Positions 1 to 9,918 of a stretch of 64,000 bases of DNA are shown piece after piece (positions within the stretch are counted from its first letter, which is position 1; the number at the start of each line of letters is the position of its first letter). The position numbers and the translations under genes are program-made. The notes below the pieces were generated by a model. That model was not told the DNA's origin. It searched no databases and saw only the letters and a program-made list of their open reading frames with translations. The stretch lies in contig CAWIIB010000001.1 of the NCBI GenBank assembly GCA_963836075.1, forward strand, positions 2,080,001 through 2,144,000, written 5' to 3'. The DNA comes from an uncultured Acidobacteriota bacterium (GTDB lineage: Bacteria > Acidobacteriota > JAQAZP01).

Positions 1-2289
1 GCCGAACTGAAGCAGACCAACGACGAACTGAAAAACGAGATCGTGGTGCGGACAAAGATACAGGAAGCGATGAAGCGGCGGGCGGTCCAGTCCAACCTGC
101 TCTACAAGGTGGGCAGCCGGGTCAGCGGCGAACTGAACATCGAATCGCTGCTCTCCGAGATCGTCAACGCGGTCTGTGACACCTTCCACTACTATTGCGT
201 GATGCTGATCATGGCCGACGATTCGGGGAGCCACATGAAGCTGCAGTCCATCGCCGGCGAGGACGCGAGCCTGTTCCCCAAAGATCAGACATACAAGATC
301 GGCGAGGGAATGGTGGGGCGGGCGGCATCCACCGGCGAAACCCAGGTCAGCGGCGCCGTGGAAGCCAACCCGTACTATATCCGCACTTCCAATGAAAAGA
401 CCCGCTCCGAGTTGAGCGTGCCGATCCGGCAGGGCGACCGGGTCATCGGGGTCCTCGACATCCAGAGCCAGGAGCTGGACGCCTTCGAGGAGAGCGACGT
501 GGCGGCGATGGAGACCCTGAGCACGCAGATCGGCAGCGCCATCGAAAACGCTCACCTCTTCCAGCAGGCCAAACGCGAACTGGCCGAGCGCGAGCGGGCG
601 GAGATCGAGTTGCGGGCGGCCAAGAACGAGGCGGAACTGGCCAACCAGACCAAGAGCGAGTTCCTGGCCAACATGAGTCACGAGATCCGCACGCCGATGA
701 ACGGCGTGATCGGCATGAGCGCGCTGCTGCTGGATACCAGTCTCAACGAAGAGCAGAAGGACTACACCGAGATTATCCGCAGCAGCGCCGACGCCCTGCT
801 GGCGGTGATCAACGATATCCTCGACTACTCGAAGATCGAGGCCGGCAAACTGGAGATGGAGAGCTTTGGCTTCAATCTCCGCACCACCGTGGAGGACGTG
901 CTCGACATCCTGGCCCTCAAGGCCCAGGAGAAGGGGCTGGAGATCAGCGGACGGATATCACCCGATGTGCCGACGCTGGTGGTCGGCGACCCGGTGCGGC
1001 TGAAACAGGTGTTGATGAACCTGATGAACAACGCCATCAAGTTCACCAGCGAAGGAGAGGTGGTGATCCGCGTTGACCGCATGGAAAAGCAAGGTGAACA
1101 GGCGAGGATCCACTTCAGCGTCACGGACACCGGCATCGGCATTCCGGAGGAAAAACGACAGCAGATCTTTGAATCCTTTACCCAGGTGGACGCCTCCACC
1201 ACCCGGCGCTTCGGCGGCACCGGGCTGGGTCTGGCGATCACCAGAAACCTCGTCCACCTGATGGGCGGCACCATATCGGTGGAGAGCACGGAGGGCCGGG
1301 GGTCCACCTTCCGCTTCACCGTGGTCCTCGGCCAGCAGCCGGAAGAGGTGGAAATGCTCAACCTGCCCGACAAGGTCCGGGGCCAGCGTATCCTGGTGGT
1401 GGACGACAACGCCACCAACAGGCTGATCCTCACCGAATTCATCAAATCCTGGGGCTGCGAGCACGACTGCGCCGCCAGCGGCGAGGAGGGGCTGGATCTG
1501 CTGCGAACGGCCCTGCGGGAGGGCACGCCATTCGACATGGTGATCACCGACATGATGATGCCGGAGATGGACGGTGAGATGTTCGCCAACCAGATCAAGA
1601 AGGATCCCGAACTGCGGTCCACCACCCTGATCCTGCTCACCTCCATGGCCGGGCGGAACGACGAGCCGTCGCTGCGCGAGGAATATTTTGCCGCCTGCCT
1701 GAGCAAGCCGGTGAAACAGTCCCAGCTTTTCGACTGCCTGACCTACGTGATGTCGGACCAGCTGAAGCCGTTCTCCAGAACCGGCCAGGCCAGGGCCGAG
1801 GAACCGGCCTCCACCGGTGACCCGGCGGACCGGAAGGTCGTCCGCATCCTGATGGCCGAGGACAACCTGATCAACCAGAAGGTGGCCCTGCGCATCCTGC
1901 AGTCCCGGGGGTACGACGCGGACACGGTGACGGACGGCGGGCAGGCCGTGGCAGCGCTGAAGTCCAAGCCCTACGACCTGGTGCTGATGGACGTGCAGAT
2001 GCCGGAAATGGACGGCTACGAGGCGACCCGGATCATCCGCGACCCGGAGAGCAACGTGCTCGATTCCACCATCCCGATCATCGCCATGACCGCCCACGCG
2101 ATGAAGGGCGACCGTGAGCTGTGTCTCGAGGCGGGAATGGACGACTACATCTCCAAGCCGGTGAAACGGGAAGAGCTGTTCTCGGCCATCGAACGGCAGC
2201 TGGCTCGGGGGTCGCGTCTGGCGGACCAGAACCAGCCCGCCGGAGTGCCGGCCGGGAAAGATTCGTCCCACAGCGGCGCCTGGGGCTGA
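1..2289 (+). CDS. Hybrid sensor histidine kinase (GAF-HisKA-HATPase-REC-REC), 5' truncated
   Basis: Frame open from base 1. H-box [16 protein letters not shown]-box [11 protein letters not shown]-boxes DTGIG and GGTGLGL, two receiver domains (VVDD..DMMMP; AEDN..DVQMP), GAF ([15 protein letters not shown]). Confidence 0.95.
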   Translation, partial: AELKQTNDELKNEIVVRTKIQEAMKRRAVQSNLLYKVGSRVSGELNIESLLSEIVNAVCDTFHYYCVMLIMADDSGSHMKLQSIAGEDASLFPKDQTYKIGEGMVGRAASTGETQVSGAVEANPYYIRTSNEKTRSELSVPIRQGDRVIGVLDIQSQELDAFEESDVAAMETLSTQIGSAIENAHLFQQAKRELAERERAEIELRAAKNEAELANQTKSEFLANMSHEIRTPMNGVIGMSALLLDTSLNEEQKDYTEIIRSSADALLAVINDILDYSKIEAGKLEMESFGFNLRTTVEDVLDILALKAQEKGLEISGRISPDVPTLVVGDPVRLKQVLMNLMNNAIKFTSEGEVVIRVDRMEKQGEQARIHFSVTDTGIGIPEEKRQQIFESFTQVDASTTRRFGGTGLGLAITRNLVHLMGGTISVESTEGRGSTFRFTVVLGQQPEEVEMLNLPDKVRGQRILVVDDNATNRLILTEFIKSWGCEHDCAASGEEGLDLLRTALREGTPFDMVITDMMMPEMDGEMFANQIKKDPELRSTTLILLTSMAGRNDEPSLREEYFAACLSKPVKQSQLFDCLTYVMSDQLKPFSRTGQARAEEPASTGDPADRKVVRILMAEDNLINQKVALRILQSRGYDADTVTDGGQAVAALKSKPYDLVLMDVQMPEMDGYEATRIIRDPESNVLDSTIPIIAMTAHAMKGDRELCLEAGMDDYISKPVKREELFSAIERQLARGSRLADQNQPAGVPAGKDSSHSGAWG

Positions 2290-2309
2290 TCAGATTAGAG
2301 AGCGGCTGA

Positions 2310-3068
2310 TCAGAAATCGCTGCCCAACAGGGCCCGGGCGCTCTCGGTGGTGACCCGGGCCGCCTCCTCCACCGAACACCCCTTGACCTCGGCCACCACC
2401 CGGAGCGAGATGGTGAGGTTTGCCGGCTCGTTGCGCACACCCGGCTCGGGCCCCAGAACCGGCGAATCGGTTTCCAGCAGGATGCGCTCCAGGGGCAGGC
2501 GCCGGAGCAACTTCTGCTTCTGCCGCGAGCGGACCACCGACGGGGGAATGGAAAAGAAGCAGCCCAGTTCGAGGCCGCGCCCGGCCAGAGCGGCCTTGCC
2601 GTCAAAGGCATGGAGCAGCGCACGGCAGGGCCCTTCCTCCTCCAGCAGCTCCAGGGTCCTTCGACCGGCGGACCGGGAGTGGATATTGAGCGGCAGGTCC
2701 AGTTCCCGCGATAGCCGGATAAAGCGGCGGAAAATTTCCTCCTGCACCGCACGCCCCCCCTCGTCCTGGATCTTCCAGCGGTCCAGACCCACCTCGCCGA
2801 TGGCCCGCAGGTCGTCCCGCCGCTGCCGGATGAAAGAGACCATCTGATCAGCCTGATCCGGGTCGAGGATGGTGGGATAGAGTCCGGCGGCCGCACGGAG
2901 CATATCGCTGCCGGCGGACAGTTGCAGATTGCGCTCCGCGTCGGCCAGCGTCTCCCCCACGCAGAGCACCCGGGTCACTCCGGCCCGGCGGGCTCGGTGG
3001 AGCACCGCCGGGAGATCCGGAGCAAAGACCGGGTCGCAGAGATGGGCGTGGGCATCGATCAGTTCCAC
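2310..3068 (-). CDS. TatD family hydrolase
   Basis: IDAHAHL, AIGEVGLD, LPLNIHSR, LLETDSP and RNEP motifs; GTG start after GAGG. Confidence 0.92.
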   Translation of the reverse strand: MELIDAHAHLCDPVFAPDLPAVLHRARRAGVTRVLCVGETLADAERNLQLSAGSDMLRAAAGLYPTILDPDQADQMVSFIRQRRDDLRAIGEVGLDRWKIQDEGGRAVQEEIFRRFIRLSRELDLPLNIHSRSAGRRTLELLEEEGPCRALLHAFDGKAALAGRGLELGCFFSIPPSVVRSRQKQKLLRRLPLERILLETDSPVLGPEPGVRNEPANLTISLRVVAEVKGCSVEEAARVTTESARALLGSDF

Positions 3069-3097
3069 GGCGGCAGCCCCTCGGCAGGATGAACGGC

Positions 3098-3814
3098 TCA
3101 ACGGTTGAGCCGGAACCTGACAGTGAGGGTCATGATAACATCCACCGGCCGGCCGTGCATTTCCCCGGGCCGGAACGTCCACTGCCGCAGTGCCCGCACC
3201 GCCTCGCGGTCGAAGCCGAGCTTGCCCGGTGGCGTCTTGAGCACGGTCACCTGGCCCACGGTGCCGTCTTTCTGGATGACCGCTTCCAGGATGACCAGCC
3301 CTTCCACCCCGGCGATCCTGGCCAGACGAGGGTACTCCGGCTCCACCCGTTTCAGGATCACCGGAGCCGAGGTGGCCAGGTAGTCACGTATGGGGCCCTC
3401 CGGTTCTGCAGGAACCGAGGCCGGCATGTCGATCGCACCGTCGTAGTCGGCACCGCTGTCGGCCAGCGGCGGCGGCTCGAGGTCGGCCACGAACTCGAGC
3501 ACCGGCTCCACCTCGTGCGGAGTGGTATCGGGGATCGGCACTTTCATTGTTTTCTGGTCATTGACCGGCTTCTTCTCCGGTTGCTTCACCGGCGGTTTGT
3601 AGGGGTAGACGATGAACGGCCGGTCTCTCACCTGGGGAACCGGCAGCGGCTCTCCCTGGGGCCAGATGTTCCACCAGAAAAGGATCAGGTGGAGCATGAT
3701 GGCGGCAGTGAGGGCGAATTTGAGCGGTGTCCGGTCCTGGTTCTCCAGCAGGAGCAGGTCCACTCCGCTCCACTCGCCGCAAACTCCGCGGTGTGTGCCA
3801 TTGTTTCTGATCAT
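3098..3814 (-). CDS. TonB family energy transducer
   Basis: TM segment with His (IMLHLILF), Pro-rich linker, TonB_C motif PEYPRLARIAGVEGLV...AVRALRQWTFRPG; AAGGAGG RBS. Confidence 0.88.
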   Translation of the reverse strand: MIRNNGTHRGVCGEWSGVDLLLLENQDRTPLKFALTAAIMLHLILFWWNIWPQGEPLPVPQVRDRPFIVYPYKPPVKQPEKKPVNDQKTMKVPIPDTTPHEVEPVLEFVADLEPPPLADSGADYDGAIDMPASVPAEPEGPIRDYLATSAPVILKRVEPEYPRLARIAGVEGLVILEAVIQKDGTVGQVTVLKTPPGKLGFDREAVRALRQWTFRPGEMHGRPVDVIMTLTVRFRLNR

Positions 3815-4079
3815 GATGGCCTCCTTCCACTTGCGGTCCGGCCGGGAATGGCGGGCGCATCCCACCCCTCGACGGCACGAACCACACCGCACCCCCCTTT
3901 CGTTGACATGCACTGTTCCCCGGAGAAATTTTCTTTCCTTACTGTAAAGTATACCGTACGGAATTCTTCTCTGCCGGTATCATTCTGTATAACAAACAAG
4001 GAGACCCCCTGTTCAGGGAAACCCTGTGCTAGAATGGGAAAAACCGTGGAATACCAGTGGCCGCACCGAGGAGAAAACC

Positions 4080-5336
4080 ATGACCAGACCCGACCCGTGT
4101 TCCGTCAGTTCCGCCAACCAGGGACGGCGTCGCTTCGTCAAGCTCACCGCCGCGGCGGCCGGTGGAATCGTGGTCAACCTGGCCCTCCCCTCCTGCGGCG
4201 GCGGGTCGCCAGAGGCCGCCCGGAGCGGGTCCCTGTTTCAGCCGGAAGGCCCGGCCTCTTTCCCGCTTCTGGAAGTGCGGGGCAGCGACTACGAGATCGG
4301 GTTTCAGGTTGGCCGGCAGTTCGCCGGAATGATCCGCGAGGGGTTCGAGGCGCGGGGGGCATGGTGGACCGATCTGCTGGCCTTTGCCAAGGCCCAGCCG
4401 CCGGAGGTGTACGAGACCTTCCTCGTCGCGGCGAAAAAGCACACCCCCGGTGTGATGGAGGAACTGCGCGGCTGGGCCGAGGGAAGCGAAATACCTTTCC
4501 AGGAGCTGATGGTCTTCAATCTCAAGGCCGAATACGCCGCCCTGCGGGGGCGCTCCATGGGCCAGGCGCGTGAGCCCGCCGAGGAGAATCCGGGGTGTTC
4601 CTCCGTGGTTCTGGCCAGTGACGGTCAACTGCTGGTGGCCCACAACGAGGACGGCAACCAGGCCTATGCCGAGCGGATGTTCCTCCTCCGCATGCACCCC
4701 GAAGGCCGCCCCTCGGTCCTCGCCGTTTCCTATCCGGGAGTGCTCCCAGGCAATGCCCCGTGGGTCAACAGCAGCGGTCTGATGATGACCACCAACTACA
4801 TTCCGTCGCAGGAAGTGGCCCTGGGCGTGGGCCGCTACTTTCTCGACCGCCAGGCAATGGTCTCTACCACGCTGGACCAGGCGCTGGAGATCTGCTGTCA
4901 CCCGGACCGGGCGTATGCCTACCATCACATCATCGGGTCACGGAACGAGAAACGGGTTCTGGGCCTGGAGGTGACCCCCTCGAAAAAGGAGCTGCAGGAG
5001 ATCCAGGGCCTCTATCTGCACACCAATCACCTGGTGCTCCCCACCATGGCCGGCGAACCACAGGTGATGAAGTATGTGGAGAGTTCATCCATGAGCCGCT
5101 GGCAGGTGCTGAATCGCTGGAAGGACGGCCTGCCTGAAGGAGCCCCGTTGGATGCCGGTGACCTGCTGGGTGTGCTGAGCAGTCACGAGAACCGGCCCTA
5201 CTCGCCCTGCCGCCACCCTGAGGGCAAGGTGGAGGGCGCCACCCTGCTCAACGCCCTGTTCGACCTGGACGCCGGCACACTGCGGATCCACAAGGGGCAA
5301 CCCTGCAAGGGTGTGTATGCGGACTATCCGTTCTAG
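4080..5336 (+). CDS. Tat-exported C45 family (Ntn-hydrolase) peptidase/acyltransferase, possible lipoprotein
   Basis: RRRFVK twin-arginine signal followed by LPSC; GCSSV autocleavage Cys; AHNED and HTNH motifs. Confidence 0.85.
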   Translation: MTRPDPCSVSSANQGRRRFVKLTAAAAGGIVVNLALPSCGGGSPEAARSGSLFQPEGPASFPLLEVRGSDYEIGFQVGRQFAGMIREGFEARGAWWTDLLAFAKAQPPEVYETFLVAAKKHTPGVMEELRGWAEGSEIPFQELMVFNLKAEYAALRGRSMGQAREPAEENPGCSSVVLASDGQLLVAHNEDGNQAYAERMFLLRMHPEGRPSVLAVSYPGVLPGNAPWVNSSGLMMTTNYIPSQEVALGVGRYFLDRQAMVSTTLDQALEICCHPDRAYAYHHIIGSRNEKRVLGLEVTPSKKELQEIQGLYLHTNHLVLPTMAGEPQVMKYVESSSMSRWQVLNRWKDGLPEGAPLDAGDLLGVLSSHENRPYSPCRHPEGKVEGATLLNALFDLDAGTLRIHKGQPCKGVYADYPF

Positions 5337-5339
5337 CGG

Positions 5340-7181
5340 CTACTCCAGTTCCTCGGGCCGGGGGACCGGGCCGTTCTTTGCCGCGGCCTGCTCCACCGAG
5401 CCTTTCTCTTCAAGGGCTCTCAGCTTTTCCTCCAGATCCAGCTGTATGGCGGTGAGCCGCTCCCGCTGCTCACCGGCCAGATCGCCGTCCAGTGACGTTT
5501 CCATTTCGCGCAGGGCCCGTTCGAGGCCGCGGCGCTGGGCCCGGAGTGCGGCCTCTTCGGAACGGTATACCGCTCTCCGCTGATGCAGGGACTCGGCCTG
5601 CCGGCGCGCCGCGTCCCGGTGCTGCCTGCTGATCTCGCGGTGTTCCATCACGATTTCGCGGTGCCGTTCACGAATCTCCTCCCGGCGGCGGCGGATCTCC
5701 TCTTCGGTTTCGGCGTCAAGCCTGCCGGCGCCCTCATCATCCGCCTGCTCCCGGAGCTCTTCGATTTCCCGGATCAGCGCCTCCTCCTGCTCGGCCAGTT
5801 CACGTTCGGCCTGGGCCCGTTCGAGCTCATCTGTCGCCAATTCCTGCTCCACCAGCTCCATCTCGCGCTCCAGCTCAGCCATCTCGGCAGCCTCGGCTTC
5901 CATCTCCCGCTCGGCCTGCACCATCTCCTGCTCGGCCAACTCCATGGCCACCTGCTGCTCTGCCATCTCCAGTTCAACCTGGGCCATGGCTGCTTCCTGA
6001 GCGGCCATCTCCCGCTCCAGCTGCTCCATGGCTTCGGCCTCTGCCGCCATCTCGCGCTCGGCCTCGGCCGGCGGCACCTCTTGCGGATGCGGTGGCGGAT
6101 CGTCTCCGGCGGTGACGCCGGGAGCGAGAAAAGCAAAAACCAGTATCAGGGCCGCCGCCAGGGGTCCGAACCACCGGGCCCGGCCATGGGCAACAGCAGG
6201 TCTGTTCTTGTCGAGGATCATTTCAATTCTCCTGTTCAGCGGGGATCCCCTTCCGGAAATCCCCGGAATGGTCAGTGCAGTGGGCGTGGATACCCGTCGG
6301 CGGGCCAGCTGGTGCAGGGACCGGGCAAGGGGTACCCGCTCGCCGGTCTGCCGGACAGCCTCTCCATCACAGATGAATTCGGCGGTTTCCTGATAACAGC
6401 GTCGGGCCAGACGAACCAGCGGCTGGAAGAAGAAGATGCCTTCGGCCAGGCGGGCTGCCAGCAGCCAGACCTGGTCCCGCCGGACGATGTGCGCCAGTTC
6501 GTGGGCCAGAACGCTCTTTACCTGTTCGGGGGCCGTTCCCCGGACCATGGAAAGGGGCAGGCAGATCTCAGGCCGCCTGATTCCACACGCCACGGGAGCC
6601 GGTATCCGTTCCGATACGGTGAGTTTGATTGCCCGTCCCAACGTGGGCCGGGTTTCGATGAGTTCCTGGAAGATGCGGTGGACGGGGCCGTGGTCTAATT
6701 CGCGGCGGCCCCGGAACCGTGACCTGAGCCTGAGCAACTGGAGAGCCAGGCCCCCGGTAAAACAGGCAGCGCCCAGGCCCCAGAGCAGCAGGATCAACCG
6801 CTGCCAGGGAACCGGCAGCAGGCGGCGGATCTGTTCCCGAACAGCGGGCGCAAAGGATCGGCCGGCCAGCTGACCGGAGAAAGGTTGCTGAGCCGTCGGA
6901 CCAGCGGTGACGGCGAAAGGGGCAGCATCGCCGGCTTCAAGTGAGATTCTCGGGGCAATGGCCCCGTCGCCCAGACCGGCCTGAACCGTGCAGGAAAAGA
7001 GGGCGCCGAAAAGGGCCACTTTCCACAGCCTGTCCTGGATCGCCATGGCCTTCATCCCCAGCAGGCGGGTGAGCAGCCAGATGGAACAGATGAGCAGTGT
7101 GCTGTGCAGCAGAAAGGTGGCCACCCAGGCCACTGCCGCTTCGGGCTGCAGGTTCAGGCCGGATATGATCGGAACGGCCAT
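5340..7181 (-). CDS. BlaR1/MecR1-like M56 metallopeptidase with C-terminal coiled coil
   Basis: N-terminal TM helices, LAHELAHIVRRD zinc motif, FFFQPL..E..CD, LNRRIEMI; directly downstream of a BlaI-type gene. Confidence 0.9.
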   Translation of the reverse strand: MAVPIISGLNLQPEAAVAWVATFLLHSTLLICSIWLLTRLLGMKAMAIQDRLWKVALFGALFSCTVQAGLGDGAIAPRISLEAGDAAPFAVTAGPTAQQPFSGQLAGRSFAPAVREQIRRLLPVPWQRLILLLWGLGAACFTGGLALQLLRLRSRFRGRRELDHGPVHRIFQELIETRPTLGRAIKLTVSERIPAPVACGIRRPEICLPLSMVRGTAPEQVKSVLAHELAHIVRRDQVWLLAARLAEGIFFFQPLVRLARRCYQETAEFICDGEAVRQTGERVPLARSLHQLARRRVSTPTALTIPGISGRGSPLNRRIEMILDKNRPAVAHGRARWFGPLAAALILVFAFLAPGVTAGDDPPPHPQEVPPAEAEREMAAEAEAMEQLEREMAAQEAAMAQVELEMAEQQVAMELAEQEMVQAEREMEAEAAEMAELEREMELVEQELATDELERAQAERELAEQEEALIREIEELREQADDEGAGRLDAETEEEIRRRREEIRERHREIVMEHREISRQHRDAARRQAESLHQRRAVYRSEEAALRAQRRGLERALREMETSLDGDLAGEQRERLTAIQLDLEEKLRALEEKGSVEQAAAKNGPVPRPEELE

Positions 7182-7184
7182 CGC

Positions 7185-7571
7185 TCACTCTCCGTCAGAT
7201 TTGTCCGCTTCGTCGATCAGTTTTGCCAGGCGCGGCAACTCATCCGGATCGATCTCATATTCCGTGAGCAGGTGGCTGAGCAGGGCCAGGGGATCCCCTT
7301 TGAACAGCCGCGACGTCAACTGCCCCACCATCGAACTCTTCACCAGGTCTTCGGTGACCCGTGCACGGTAGACAAACTGCCGGCCTTCCAGGCGGTGTTC
7401 AACCACACCCCGGGTTTCCAGCCGCTTGAGCATGGTGGCGATGGTGGTCAGCGCCAGTCCGCGCTCTTCGCGCAGCGCCTCATGTACGTCGGCCACCGTG
7501 GCCTCACCGCGCGGCCAGATCACACGCATGATCGCCAGCTGCAGTTCACCGAGCGTGTGCTGTTCACTCAT
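7185..7571 (-). CDS. BlaI/MecI/CopY family repressor
   Basis: LGELQLAIMRVIW..ATVADVH..LALTTIATMLKRLE.RG..GRQFVY signature. Confidence 0.93.
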   Translation of the reverse strand: MSEQHTLGELQLAIMRVIWPRGEATVADVHEALREERGLALTTIATMLKRLETRGVVEHRLEGRQFVYRARVTEDLVKSSMVGQLTSRLFKGDPLALLSHLLTEYEIDPDELPRLAKLIDEADKSDGE

Positions 7572-7638
7572 CGGGTTCCCTTTCCGTTCCGGTTTTCCGG
7601 GCTCGATACCAAAAAAACTATTGCCTCGCATCTTCTTC

Positions 7639-7674
7639 TACAGATGTAATACTACATGTGTCGTCATAAGTCAA
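7639..7674 (-). promoter_or_regulatory. Sigma70-like promoter of the blaI-like operon overlapped by BlaI/CopY operator boxes
   Basis: Minus strand TTGACT-N17-TATTAC. Perfect TACA-GA-TGTA at 7639-7648 and imperfect TACA-TG-TGTC at 7653-7662 match the TACAnnTGTA BlaI/cop box. Confidence 0.75.
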
Positions 7675-7831
7675 GTCTTTTTTGCCCGGTCGAACCTGCT
7701 ACAGGAATAAAACGGGCCAGCCGGCAAAACGTTGCAGGCAAAACCCTGACGTGGTAGTGAAGAAAGGAAAGACCACTTTCTTTTTCAGGACGTACACGTT
7801 CCAACGCCAGCGGGGTCTCTAGTAGCTAACC

Positions 7832-8350
7832 ATGGAAGAAACGGAACTCCAGCTCATTGCGGAGGCGCGGCGGGGAGATGGAGAGGCGTTCGGACAACTC
7901 GCCGTGCGGCACTGGGCACGACTGGTCAGGCTGGCCAGGTCGGTGACCGGGGAATCCGCAGCCGAGGACGCCGTCCAGGAGGGCATGGTGGCCGCCTGGC
8001 GGAAGATCCACACGCTGCAGACCCCCGAAGCGTTCCCGGCCTGGCTGACCCGCATCGTCTTTCGGCGAAGCCTGCGGCACGCCGGGCGGCGGCAGGCAAC
8101 GACCAGTCTCGGTGAGCGGATCCCCGAACCGGTATCACAAACGGGCGATCCGGATGCGGGGATCTGGGCGGCACAACTGCTGGCCACCCTCCCCCCGCGG
8201 CAGCGAGCCGTGCTCCACCTCACCGTGGTGGAGGGGCGGACGGACAGAGAGATTTCAGCCCAGTTGGGCATCCACCCGGCGTCGGTACGGGCCCACCGGC
8301 GACGGGCACGGAAGAAACTGGGCCGGATGATCGGCGACGAGGAGGTGTGA
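7832..8350 (+). CDS. ECF sigma-70 factor
   Basis: Region 2 AEDAVQE..AW..FPAWLTRI; region 4 LPPRQRAVLHL..EISAQLG..SVRAHRRRARKKL. Confidence 0.92.
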   Translation: MEETELQLIAEARRGDGEAFGQLAVRHWARLVRLARSVTGESAAEDAVQEGMVAAWRKIHTLQTPEAFPAWLTRIVFRRSLRHAGRRQATTSLGERIPEPVSQTGDPDAGIWAAQLLATLPPRQRAVLHLTVVEGRTDREISAQLGIHPASVRAHRRRARKKLGRMIGDEEV

Positions 8351-8715
8351 TGAGCAACGGGAACGACCGGGGAATGGACCGCTTTGAACGGGAATTTCGC
8401 CGCTGGGGAACCCGTCCCCCGCTCACTCCGCCGGACGAGGCCGGACGCCGGGTCGCCGCCAGTCTGGAACCGGTGCGCACCGGGCTCCCGGTCTGGCGCA
8501 TGGCCGTGGCGGCGGCCGCAGTTGTTCTGATGGTTTGCGGCACCTGGGCCGGACTGCAGCTCACCGATGGATCCCCACCGCACGCCCGGCCGAAACAGCT
8601 GTCGGTCAGTGCCGCCGAATTTACCCCGCCGCCACTTGATGAAAATGTGGTCCTCTGGTGGCTGGACGACGAAACACCGGTCTATTTTGTCCTCGGACCT
8701 GGGGACCAGAGTTAA
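8350..8715 (+). CDS. Putative single-pass membrane anti-sigma factor
   Basis: TGA/ATG overlap with the sigma gene; one TM helix (WRMAVAAAAVVLMVCG). Confidence 0.65.
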   Translation: MSNGNDRGMDRFEREFRRWGTRPPLTPPDEAGRRVAASLEPVRTGLPVWRMAVAAAAVVLMVCGTWAGLQLTDGSPPHARPKQLSVSAAEFTPPPLDENVVLWWLDDETPVYFVLGPGDQS

Positions 8716-8727
8716 AAAGGAGAGACA

Positions 8728-9567
8728 ATGTACAGAAAACTCGGAATCGGATTTTGGTCTGCTCTGGCGGTACTCCTCGTGCTGATGCCCGCCTCCACAC
8801 TGACCGCTGCCGAACCGGGCCTGGAGACCGATTGCACCGTCCTTCTGGGCTATGCCGAAAATGGCGGCCCCCATGGCGGTGTGACCCTCATCGTCCCGGG
8901 GACCCTGATCCCGGCACTGGAGGGTGGCCAGTGGCCCAGCGACATCAGTTCGCTGGAAGAACAGCTGAAGAGCGCCTACCGGCTGAAGAAAATGCGCGTA
9001 GCCTCCCAGTTCTCCAAGCTGATGGAAGTGGACCTGCCGGGGAAATTGCCGCCGGCCGACGGTATCGAGACCACGCTGACCCTGGTTGGTCACAACGACA
9101 CGGTGGCCACCTACCAGGCGGAAATGACACTGGACGGCCAATCCCTGGCTTCGGCCAGCCTCTCGGTTTCCCTGGGCGGCCGGGCGGTGATGGGCAGCCG
9201 GCTGGCCAATGCCGCCGCCGAGGATCCCTATGTCTTCCTGGTGGTGGAGACGAAGTCGGGGGCCCGAGGCATGGCCGACAACAAGAAGACTGACGGCAGC
9301 ACCCTTCCCCGAGCCATCGAGAAGGTCAACCCCAGGTATCCGGAAGAGGCCCGCAAGCAGCAACTCTCCGGCGAGGTGGTGGTGCAGACCCTGGTGAAGG
9401 TTGACGGGTCCTGCCAGGTGATCGAAGTGCTGGAGAGCCCGGGCCAGATTCTCAGCGACGCGGCCACCGAGGCGTTGGAGCAGTGGAAGTTCGAACCGGG
9501 TCTGGACCCCCAGGGCAGGCAGGTGAATATGAAGCTTACCCTGACCATAAAGTTCGCCCTCAAATAG
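8728..9567 (+). CDS. Exported protein with C-terminal TonB_C domain
   Basis: AAGGAG RBS; signal peptide; PRYPEEARKQQLSGEVVV...ALEQWKFEPG. Confidence 0.82.
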   Translation: MYRKLGIGFWSALAVLLVLMPASTLTAAEPGLETDCTVLLGYAENGGPHGGVTLIVPGTLIPALEGGQWPSDISSLEEQLKSAYRLKKMRVASQFSKLMEVDLPGKLPPADGIETTLTLVGHNDTVATYQAEMTLDGQSLASASLSVSLGGRAVMGSRLANAAAEDPYVFLVVETKSGARGMADNKKTDGSTLPRAIEKVNPRYPEEARKQQLSGEVVVQTLVKVDGSCQVIEVLESPGQILSDAATEALEQWKFEPGLDPQGRQVNMKLTLTIKFALK

Positions 9568-9621
9568 TCGGAAATTTCAGTAGTGTCCGCGGGTGCACCG
9601 CGGATCAGCCGATCCACGGCC

Positions 9622-9659
9622 ATGCGCCGCCGGAGAATTTCCGGCGGCGCATTTTTTCT
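9622..9659 (+). terminator. Intrinsic terminator of the ECF operon
   Basis: ATGCGCCGCCGGA-GAATT-TCCGGCGGCGCAT stem-loop followed by a T tract. Confidence 0.8.
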
Positions 9660-9721
9660 GCATGAGGGCGCCCCCGCTTTCCTTTTATGGAATTATTACC
9701 TGAAAAACAATAAACAAACTG

Positions 9722-9750
9722 TTGATTACGGTGGGCATCACAAATATAAT
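9722..9750 (+). promoter_or_regulatory. Sigma70-type promoter upstream of S8 protease 1
   Basis: TTGATT-N17-TATAAT in an AT-rich intergenic region. Confidence 0.7.
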
Positions 9751-9918
9751 GTAACTTGATCAGTTGAAGATCATCTTACTGTTGTGCGCCGACTCAGCGC
9801 TGGCCATCGGCGGAGGAGTCGGCAAGTTTTATAAACATTCGATTGCCCCGCGTGCCAGGCCACTGTTCAGCCCCGCTGGAAGCATGAGCTCGCACCCGTA
9901 AAGTCAATCCGGGAGTCA

